64,000 bases of DNA, taken from positions 14,051 through 78,050 of the forward strand of contig JAUROD010000023.1 of assembly GCA_030835845.1 (NCBI GenBank), written 5' to 3'. Shown piece by piece: positions 51,007-58,678 of the stretch (positions within the stretch are counted from its first letter, which is position 1; each line of letters starts with the position of its first letter). Origin of the DNA: Flavobacteriaceae bacterium (GTDB lineage: Bacteria > Bacteroidota > Bacteroidia > Flavobacteriales > Flavobacteriaceae). Position numbers and translations under genes: made by a program. The notes below the pieces were generated by a model that worked only from the letters and a program-made list of their open reading frames with translations, ran no database searches and was not told where the DNA came from.

Positions 51007-53100
51007 ATGGAAAGGAGAGATTTTTTACATAAACTTAGTCATGCGGCAGCTTCACCTTTCGTAATACCTCCTTTTGTCAATGACATACGATTTGCGAACC
51101 CTTCTAGTGTTTTAAACAATACGGCTCAAAGGGGGAATATTGTTGTATTGATTAAATTGAATGGTGGAAACGACGGACTTAATACAGTTGTTCCTTTGGA
51201 TCAATACCAAAAATTGACTGAAGCTCGACCTCATGTGATATTACCTGAAAATAAAATTATTCAGTTAGGAGATCACGATTTGGGACTACATCCTGAACTT
51301 ACTGGTTTTAAGTCGCTTTATGATGAAAATCGATTTAAGATAATTCAAAATGTTGGCTATGCAAGTCCTGATTTTTCTCATTTCAGATCAATGGATATAT
51401 GGGAAACAGGGGCAAATTCTAACCAGTATTTGACATCAGGATGGATGGGGAGATATATTGAAAACTTACATCCAGAATTTCCTCAAGCTTTTCCAAATTT
51501 GGATTACCCACACCCACTTTCAATTGAAATTGGAAACCCATCATTACTTTTTACTGGTCAAAATTCATTTACAAGTTATATTGCGAGTGATCCAGAAAAT
51601 TTTGAAGAAATTATTAATGAGTTTGACAATCAATACGGAAATGATCAAAAGGGAATAAAACTCGATTATATTCAACTTGTCTCTAAGCAATCAAATGCGT
51701 ATGGAGAAGTTGTGAGAAATGCTTATTCCAATGGATCAAACTATAAGAGTTATTCAAATTCTAATCTTGGTCAACAGTTTTCAATTGTCTCTAAGCTTAT
51801 TGGTGGTGGTCTAAATACACGTATTTATATGGTTGAGTTGGGTGGGTTTGATACCCACGATACTCAAGTTGATCAGAGTGATCATACAAAGGGAGACCAT
51901 GCGCTTTTAATGAAAGATTTGAATGATAGTGTCTTAGCATTTATGCAAAACATGGATGCTATTGGACGAAGTGATGATGTTTTGTTAATGACCTATTCTG
52001 AATTTGGTCGTACGATAGTGTCTAATGGTTCTTTTGGAACTGACCATGGTTCTGCTGCACCAATGTTTATTTTTGGAAATAAAATTGAACCAGGTACACT
52101 TGGAGAAAATCCTTTTATTCCTGAGAATGTCTCCTGGCAAGATAATTTAGAAGCAGAGTTTGATTATCGTCAAATTTATGCGTCAGTGATGAGTCAATGG
52201 TTAACAACCAAATCAGATACTGAGACTTCTGTTTTAGGAAGAGATTTTACTGAACTACCAATTATTCAGGGTCGCTACCAAGACAATGACGGTGATGGGG
52301 TTAGCAATATAAATGACTTAGAACCATTTACCTCTCCAGGAGCTATTGTGAATTTAGACGGGGTAGCGATTTTTACATTACCTTCAGATAATTATGTTAT
52401 TCAATCGCAACGTCCTTCTTGCGGAGGTAAAACGGATGGTTATATTAGGGTACAAGCGCAGGATACTAGCCATGAATACACGGTATATATTTCCCAACTT
52501 GATCAAACCTATACACTTAATGCGGCAAATAATCATACAATTGATTTAACTGAATTAGAGGGAAATACCTATCTCGTTCAAATTACCATTGCAGGTAAAA
52601 CAGATTACCACCAATTTTTTGAAATTGGAGTGACTGATCCTGAACCTCTTCGAGCAAAAAGTTCTGTCAATTACACGAGACAACGTTTTACGGCTAATTT
52701 GTCGGGCTCTGATGTGTACCACCTTGAAGTTAATGGGTATAAATCAATAATTACTACACCATCACTGGACATAGCACTCAAAACCGGCTTAAATCGAATT
52801 AAAATTTCTACTCCAAAAGAATGTCAAGGGATTGTAGAGGAATCAATTTTTATTTCTGAGCAGGTGAAATTTTTTCCAAACCCTGTACAAGAGAACTTGC
52901 ATATAGTAATCCCTGGTAATGATAAAAAAATTCAGCTTCAACTTTTTTCTAAAGATGGTGCACTGATTTTCCAAAGACAAGAAATTATTCCTTTTTCTAG
53001 AACCATCAAAGTTGATATGTCGAATTTATCTCAGGGAATTTATTTGGTTAAACTGATAGGGGATTCTGTAAACAAGGGAATTAAAGTAAAAAAGCAATGA
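51007..53100 (+). CDS. DUF1501 domain protein with Tat signal and C-terminal T9SS sorting domain
   Basis: MERRDFL; LNGGNDGLNT, SHFRSMDIW, GGFDTHD, SEFGRT, GTDHG, DYRQIY; DNDGDG acidic motif; C-terminal FFPNPV...LSQGIYLVKL...KVKKQ. Confidence 0.9.
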   Translation: MERRDFLHKLSHAAASPFVIPPFVNDIRFANPSSVLNNTAQRGNIVVLIKLNGGNDGLNTVVPLDQYQKLTEARPHVILPENKIIQLGDHDLGLHPELTGFKSLYDENRFKIIQNVGYASPDFSHFRSMDIWETGANSNQYLTSGWMGRYIENLHPEFPQAFPNLDYPHPLSIEIGNPSLLFTGQNSFTSYIASDPENFEEIINEFDNQYGNDQKGIKLDYIQLVSKQSNAYGEVVRNAYSNGSNYKSYSNSNLGQQFSIVSKLIGGGLNTRIYMVELGGFDTHDTQVDQSDHTKGDHALLMKDLNDSVLAFMQNMDAIGRSDDVLLMTYSEFGRTIVSNGSFGTDHGSAAPMFIFGNKIEPGTLGENPFIPENVSWQDNLEAEFDYRQIYASVMSQWLTTKSDTETSVLGRDFTELPIIQGRYQDNDGDGVSNINDLEPFTSPGAIVNLDGVAIFTLPSDNYVIQSQRPSCGGKTDGYIRVQAQDTSHEYTVYISQLDQTYTLNAANNHTIDLTELEGNTYLVQITIAGKTDYHQFFEIGVTDPEPLRAKSSVNYTRQRFTANLSGSDVYHLEVNGYKSIITTPSLDIALKTGLNRIKISTPKECQGIVEESIFISEQVKFFPNPVQENLHIVIPGNDKKIQLQLFSKDGALIFQRQEIIPFSRTIKVDMSNLSQGIYLVKLIGDSVNKGIKVKKQ

Positions 53101-53831
53101 AAAAACATACATTCTCTTTATTGATTATGCTTTTGGTCGTTGCATGTAGCAAAGAGGGGAGCACCAACACACCTAATCCAATACCAGATCCAGTTGTTCA
53201 GGTTGATCCACCATTGGCAAGTACACTTGTTTACCCCAATAAAGATGAAGTATGTGAAACTGGAATAAATGTTTCTGAGTCATTGAGTAGTGTTGAATTT
53301 GAATGGTCAAAAAGTCAAAATACTGATTTTTATGATTTGCATATTGAAAACCTCAATTCGGGTCAGCAAAGTGTATTTTATAACTTATCAAACACTTCAA
53401 AAAGCGTTAGTCTCAATAAAGGCACACCCTTTAGTTGGTATGTTGTTTCACGAAGAAACCAAACGACTGCTGTTGCCGAATCTGAAAATTGGCGATTTTA
53501 TTTATCGGGTGAGGGAGTTACGAATTATCCTCCGTATCCTGCTCAATTAGTTTCTCCATCCTCTGGGAAAAGTTTTGAATCTTCCACTTCTTCTGTTCTT
53601 TTGACTTGGGAAATGACTGATTCAGATGAAAGTAATCAAAATTTAACAGCGACTTTATACTTTGATACGGTTGATGGATTGCAAACTCCTTCGGCAGAAA
53701 ATTCAAATATATCTTCGTCTCAAAAAGAAGTCACAGTATCTTCTGGGAATGTCTATTACTGGAGAGTTAAAACAACAGATGCAGCTGGGGATAGTTCTTT
53801 TTCTATGGTGTATGTGTTTAGGGTAGAGTAA
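53097..53831 (+). CDS. lipoprotein with two Fn3/SusE-like beta domains
   Basis: Lipobox VVAC-S; LVYP...FEWS...YDLH...FSWYV and LVSP...LTW...YYWRVKT repeats; start overlaps the DUF1501 stop. Confidence 0.75.
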   Translation: MKKHTFSLLIMLLVVACSKEGSTNTPNPIPDPVVQVDPPLASTLVYPNKDEVCETGINVSESLSSVEFEWSKSQNTDFYDLHIENLNSGQQSVFYNLSNTSKSVSLNKGTPFSWYVVSRRNQTTAVAESENWRFYLSGEGVTNYPPYPAQLVSPSSGKSFESSTSSVLLTWEMTDSDESNQNLTATLYFDTVDGLQTPSAENSNISSSQKEVTVSSGNVYYWRVKTTDAAGDSSFSMVYVFRVE

Positions 53832-53833
53832 TA

Positions 53834-54358
53834 TTAACCAAGGTTGATTGTAATAATATCACGATCTAGAGAAGCCTGAAACTGTCTTAGATTACCTGAT
53901 GTTTGCCCCGCACTACACCCCGCAATATTTCCACTTGAAGTTCCGTATGAATTGTAGTGATTTCCACAAGTAAATTCTCCATTTGAATAACTCCAACGGT
54001 TAATTGTTCCTTGATGAGGGCAGCAATTGGTAAATGCTTTTAGGGTAGAATCGCTTGTTCGAAGAACAAGCACATAGTGGTCCAAACTGTTGATGAATCC
54101 TTCCACATTCTGAAGAGGGGCAAAGGTTTCATTCTGAATATCGAGATAAAGCATGTCGCCTTGACGGTATAATCCGTTTGAAGCAGTGAGTTCTTTTAGC
54201 TCATTATAGTCCGTTATTTGTGGACTTGGTGGAGGATTGTTTTCTTCTAAGATTATATCTTCTCCTCCCTCTTCTTCTGTAGAGCAAGCGGTCAATTGCG
54301 TGGCAGTATAGATGCCCAAAAAGCCTAAAATAGTTTGTAAAAATCGTTTTCTTTCCAC
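53834..54358 (-). CDS. Rieske [2Fe-2S] domain lipoprotein
   Basis: CPH (NCCPHQG) and CxxH (FTCGNH) ligand boxes; N-terminal ERKRFL Tat-like motif and lipobox LTAC-S. Confidence 0.82.
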   Translation of the reverse strand: MERKRFLQTILGFLGIYTATQLTACSTEEEGGEDIILEENNPPPSPQITDYNELKELTASNGLYRQGDMLYLDIQNETFAPLQNVEGFINSLDHYVLVLRTSDSTLKAFTNCCPHQGTINRWSYSNGEFTCGNHYNSYGTSSGNIAGCSAGQTSGNLRQFQASLDRDIITINLG

Positions 54359-54481
54359 AATACTAAGATATACTATTTTTATGTAGTGATTTAAATTACA
54401 ACTTTTTAGTAGAAAAACGTCAGGGCGCTATTTTAAAAAAAGAGATTATTATTATTCTAAATAGTAGGGAATAAGATAAAC

Positions 54482-54511
54482 AAAAAAAACCCTTGGGTTT
54501 CCAAGGGTTTT
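54482..54511 (-). terminator. intrinsic terminator after tRNA-Ser
   Basis: AAAACCCTTGG-gttt-CCAAGGGTTTT hairpin with A8 on + strand. Confidence 0.85.
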
Positions 54512-54512
54512 G

Positions 54513-54597
54513 CGGAGAAAGAGGGATTCGAACCCCCGGAGGTGTGACCCTCAACAGTTTTCAAGACTGCCGCATTCGACCACTCTGCCATTTCTCC
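54513..54597 (-). tRNA. tRNA-Ser (TGA)
   Basis: Reverse complement GGAGAAATGGCAGAGTGGTCGAATGCGGCAGTCTTGAAAACTGTTGAGGGTCACACCTCCGGGGGTTCGAATCCCTCTTTCTCCG; long variable arm, anticodon TGA. Confidence 0.95.
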
Positions 54598-54606
54598 TAG
54601 CGGTTG

Positions 54607-54614
54607 CAAATATA
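54607..54614 (-). promoter_or_regulatory. -7 promoter box TATATTTG of tRNA-Ser
   Basis: caaatata on + strand, 9 nt upstream of the tRNA. Confidence 0.7.
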
Positions 54615-54673
54615 CATTGCTTATTTGGAGAAATAAAACTTTTTTTTAAAAACGATATACCTATTTTTAGCAA

Positions 54674-55429
54674 ATGGAAGAACTTATTCATTATCTCCTA
54701 CTAGCCTTTGTGGGTCTTCTTGCGGGAATTATTAATACGCTTGCTGGAGGAGGTTCATTATTCACTTTACCTGCTCTTATTTTTATGGGACTTCCTCCTC
54801 ATGTTGCCAATGGTACAAATAGAATTGGGATACTTATTCAAGCCCTTGTGGGAACTGCTGGATACCGTTCTAAAAAGGTTTCTACTTATCCTTTTGATTT
54901 GTATTTAGGAATAGCTGCTTTTTTTGGCTCATTGCTTGGTGCTCAAATTGCTGTTGACATTAAGGGAGTACTGTTCAATCGAATTTTATCAATCATCATG
55001 CTGATTGTAGTTGCATTAATTGTTTTTAAGCCTAAAAACAAAGCATTCGATTTACCTGAGCGATTGACAGGTAAGTATCTTTTTGGATCACTTATTGGTT
55101 TTTTCTTTATTGGTATTTATGGCGGATTTATTAATGCTGGAGTAGGTTTTGTAATCATTTTATTTCTCAATAACTTCAATCGTTTGTCCTTGATAAAAAC
55201 AAATGCGACGAAGGTTGCACTTGTCTTTATCTATACCATAGGAGCATTGGCTCTTTTTACCTGGAATGATGCTGTCGACTGGGGACTTGGACTTGTATTA
55301 GCTTTTGGGAGCTCCTTTGGTGCTTGGTGGTCAAGTAGATGGTCAGTTGATAGAGGAGAGGGCGTAATCAAAATCGCTATGGTCACAATGGTAACCATAC
55401 TGTCAATCAAACTTTGGTTTTTTGATTAA
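54674..55429 (+). CDS. TauE/SafE family sulfite exporter (YfcA-like)
   Basis: AGIINTLAGGGSL..LPAL, ANGTNR, GIYGGFINAGVG. Confidence 0.85.
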   Translation: MEELIHYLLLAFVGLLAGIINTLAGGGSLFTLPALIFMGLPPHVANGTNRIGILIQALVGTAGYRSKKVSTYPFDLYLGIAAFFGSLLGAQIAVDIKGVLFNRILSIIMLIVVALIVFKPKNKAFDLPERLTGKYLFGSLIGFFFIGIYGGFINAGVGFVIILFLNNFNRLSLIKTNATKVALVFIYTIGALALFTWNDAVDWGLGLVLAFGSSFGAWWSSRWSVDRGEGVIKIAMVTMVTILSIKLWFFD

Positions 55430-56559
55430 TAAGAGACGTATTCAACAATTTCTAAACCATAGCCCGTAATTCCTACACGTGGACCTTGTGAGGAATTTGA
55501 AATTACACGTAATTTTGAAATATGTAAATCGTGAAGTATTTGGGCACCAATTCCAAAATCTTTTAAATCCATTTTTAATGGGGGTGCCTTTGGAATTTCA
55601 TTCTTTTTAGAAGAAGCACTTTTCAATTCTTTAATTCGCGCTAATAGGTTTTCTGATTGCTGTTGTTGGTTGATAAAAATCACAGCACCTTTTCCTGCTC
55701 CATTAATCAACTTAAAAATTTCCTCTAACCCTTTGTCATTTGACCCTGTTAACATTCCTAGTAAATCATTACTGATTTGAGAGGAATTAATTCGGGTAAG
55801 AATAGCTTCGTTTGCGCTCCAAGTTCCTTTTGTAAGTGCAAGATGAACTTGATTATTTGTTGTTTGTTGGTATGCACGAAGTCTAAATTCACCAAATCGT
55901 GTGTTTATTTCAGTGTCTTCTCGCTTTAAAATTAGGCTATCGTGTTGCATACGGTAGGCAACTAAATCTTCTATGGAAACAAGTTTTAGATCAAATTTAT
56001 CTGCTACTTTACGAAGTTGAGGTAATCGTGCCATAGTACCATCTTCATTCATTATTTCAACGATAACACCTGCTGGTTTTTTGCCTGCAAGACGAGCAAA
56101 ATCAATTGCTGCTTCTGTATGGCCTGTGCGTCGAAGTACTCCACCTTCTTTTGCAATTAAAGGAAATATATGTCCTGGACGTGAGAGCTGATGTGGTTGG
56201 GTAGCATCATCAACCAAAGCCTGTATTGTCAATGCACGATCACTTGCTGAAATTCCTGTACTTACTTCATTTCCTTTTAAATCGACAGAAACGGTAAAAG
56301 CAGTTTCCATTGGATCGGTATTGTGATTAACCATTCGATCAAGTTGAAGTTCTTTACAGCGATTTTCAGTCAAGGGTGCACAAATCAATCCACGACCCTC
56401 TTTTGCCATAAAGTTGATGATATCAGGGCTAATATTTTCTGCTGCAGTTAAAAAATCGCCCTCATTTTCCCGATCATCGTCATCTACCACGATAATTACT
56501 TTTCCTTGACGGATAGCTTCAATGGCAACCTCGATAGAATCTAATTGAACTTTGCTCAT
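55426..56559 (-). CDS. ribB: 3,4-dihydroxy-2-butanone-4-phosphate synthase fused to a degenerate GTP cyclohydrolase II domain
   Basis: [42 protein letters not shown]; C-terminal RibA-like domain (DFGIGAQIL) contains no Cys. Confidence 0.92.
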   Translation of the reverse strand: MSKVQLDSIEVAIEAIRQGKVIIVVDDDDRENEGDFLTAAENISPDIINFMAKEGRGLICAPLTENRCKELQLDRMVNHNTDPMETAFTVSVDLKGNEVSTGISASDRALTIQALVDDATQPHQLSRPGHIFPLIAKEGGVLRRTGHTEAAIDFARLAGKKPAGVIVEIMNEDGTMARLPQLRKVADKFDLKLVSIEDLVAYRMQHDSLILKREDTEINTRFGEFRLRAYQQTTNNQVHLALTKGTWSANEAILTRINSSQISNDLLGMLTGSNDKGLEEIFKLINGAGKGAVIFINQQQQSENLLARIKELKSASSKKNEIPKAPPLKMDLKDFGIGAQILHDLHISKLRVISNSSQGPRVGITGYGLEIVEYVSY

Positions 56560-58031
56560 GCTTTCTTGTTTCTGAGTGCGAAAATACTATTCTTTATTTG
56601 AGTAGAAAGGGATTTTAACGAAACGATTAAATAATCTGCATTCATCAATCCACGATCGGTTGAGGCACGATAAGTAAAATAAATTGCAAAAGGGGCTATA
56701 ATAAATACAGACAGCCAGCTTCCTATAAAGGGGGAAACACTACTATCTTCGGCTGCATTTTTTCCAAACAAACTAACATAATGGTACGACAAAAAGATTA
56801 AAATTGCCAAAACCATTGGAAGACCTAGTCCTCCTTTACGAATTATTGCACCTAGGGAGGCACCGATAAGGAACAAGAAGAAAATCCCAAAACCTAAGGT
56901 GTGTTTTTCCCAAAATGTATTCTTGTGTAAATTGATGAGTTTTTGATAGATAAAGAACGTCCTTTTACGTTGATTTAAATTTCGAATCATTGTACCGACA
57001 TCCATTTTGGCTGTTCGTAATATTTGAGTTTGATTGGATTTAAAACCATCAGTGACATAAACCAATGGGTTTGAACTTTGTAAAATTAAGCTGTCAGTTA
57101 AAACAAAATTTCTCTTTTTTTCTTTTGCTAGGCGACTGAAATAAGAGGTTTTGTTGAAGTTATCTGAATACGTACTTTTTTCTCTGAGGTAATCTCGTTC
57201 CAATGTGTCTATACTTGTTGATAGCTCTTGTACTTTTTGCATACGAAAAGTACTTGTATATTTTTCCTCACCAAAATCAACATCATTAAATTGGGAGAGA
57301 TCGATATTCATAATATACTTTTTGAAAGATACTTTTGCATGAGGCATTTTCTCTTTATCTGCATTTTTTTCTACTTGAATATCTTCATATCTAAATCCAT
57401 CAAAAAGGTGGAGTTGAAGTTCTTGACCAATTGTTGCGCTTTTAAGTTCTCCACTTGCTGCCTTGATGACAATGTTATTTTTTCGATCAGGGGTTTTTTC
57501 GTGGATAATTATATCTTCTAAAAAGCGATCATTTTCTCCGTATTTACGTTTCACTTTAATATTCATTTCACCAATATCATTAAAGATACCTTCGGTAATT
57601 GCAAGTGCTGGCTTTACTTTAGCTAAGTTTCGACGTAAATTATAGTACTTAAATTCTCCAAGTGGTATTACGTGATTTGAAAAATAAAAACTTCCTACAC
57701 CTAAAAAAAAATGAAAAACGACCAATCCTAACAACGCACGTTGAAGTGATATTCCAGTGGATTTCATTGCAGCAAACTCATAGTTTTCTGCCAATGATCC
57801 AAAGGTCATTATCGAAGCCAAAAGCACAGACAATGGCATTACAAGAGGATAGAGTTTCGGAGAATAATAGGCTAAAAACTTCAGTATAATTTCGGTATCT
57901 AATCCTTTTCCTGCAATTTCATCAATAAATAACCAAAAAGTCTGAATGATAAAAATCAGCATCAAAATGACAAATACACTGAGCAAACGGCTCAAATAGG
58001 TCGTTAAGATATACCGATCTATAATTTTCAT
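56556..58031 (-). CDS. LptF/LptG family LPS export permease
   Basis: MKIIDRYI, PLSVLLASIMTFGSLAENYE.AAMKSTGISL, IGASLGAIIRKGG. Confidence 0.9.
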   Translation of the reverse strand: MKIIDRYILTTYLSRLLSVFVILMLIFIIQTFWLFIDEIAGKGLDTEIILKFLAYYSPKLYPLVMPLSVLLASIMTFGSLAENYEFAAMKSTGISLQRALLGLVVFHFFLGVGSFYFSNHVIPLGEFKYYNLRRNLAKVKPALAITEGIFNDIGEMNIKVKRKYGENDRFLEDIIIHEKTPDRKNNIVIKAASGELKSATIGQELQLHLFDGFRYEDIQVEKNADKEKMPHAKVSFKKYIMNIDLSQFNDVDFGEEKYTSTFRMQKVQELSTSIDTLERDYLREKSTYSDNFNKTSYFSRLAKEKKRNFVLTDSLILQSSNPLVYVTDGFKSNQTQILRTAKMDVGTMIRNLNQRKRTFFIYQKLINLHKNTFWEKHTLGFGIFFLFLIGASLGAIIRKGGLGLPMVLAILIFLSYHYVSLFGKNAAEDSSVSPFIGSWLSVFIIAPFAIYFTYRASTDRGLMNADYLIVSLKSLSTQIKNSIFALRNKKA

Positions 58032-58034
58032 TGT

Positions 58035-58673
58035 CTAGTTGTTGATATAATAGTCCGGATAATCTGCTGTATTTACCTCAAAAAAATCATCACTTAAACG
58101 AACATTAAAAACCTGATTTTGAAGGGTAAGTGTTGTAGATGTTTGATTTTCCCCGATTTGAATAATGCGATAGACTTCATTTCGATTAATGTCTATTCCC
58201 AATAAGATGTATTGAACGTCTTCATTTTTTTCTTCTGGAATAAGTTTGACAAACTGAATGCTTCTTCCGCTTTGGAGTTGAAGGATATCCCACTCATAGC
58301 TATATCCATTTTCATAAAAACGTAATAATTCTGAAGGGTTGATTCCTATATCCTCTGCATCTTCGGGTGAAGTAATTGTAATTTCTTCATTTTCTGGAAC
58401 AATAGTATATATCTTTTCTCCATCAAATGTTCTTGTAATTCCAAGTAACTCCAATTGGTATTTGTCTCCAGCTAAGGTGACTTTTCCATCCATTTCTTGT
58501 TGAATATTTTCCTTTTTATTTTCAAGAACATAGGCAAAATCAAACTGGATTGATTCTTTACTTTCCATGGAGGCAGAAACTTTATCCAGCAACTTTTTCG
58601 ATTTTTCAGTATCTTGACTAAATCCTAGATTTAGACAAGAGATAAGGGTCAATAGGAGAATATTAATTTTCAT
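58035..58673 (-). CDS. lolA: outer-membrane lipoprotein carrier LolA family
   Basis: Signal peptide, GDKYQL, FDGEKIYTI.PENEEITI, INPS; ftsK-lolA-lptF synteny. Confidence 0.8.
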   Translation of the reverse strand: MKINILLLTLISCLNLGFSQDTEKSKKLLDKVSASMESKESIQFDFAYVLENKKENIQQEMDGKVTLAGDKYQLELLGITRTFDGEKIYTIVPENEEITITSPEDAEDIGINPSELLRFYENGYSYEWDILQLQSGRSIQFVKLIPEEKNEDVQYILLGIDINRNEVYRIIQIGENQTSTTLTLQNQVFNVRLSDDFFEVNTADYPDYYINN

Positions 58674-58678
58674 TTTTT

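Noticed and set aside
54510-54704. 64-aa ORF MRRKRDSNPRRCDPQQFSRLPHSTTLPF
   Set aside because: Antisense translation of tRNA-Ser, a well-known artefact.
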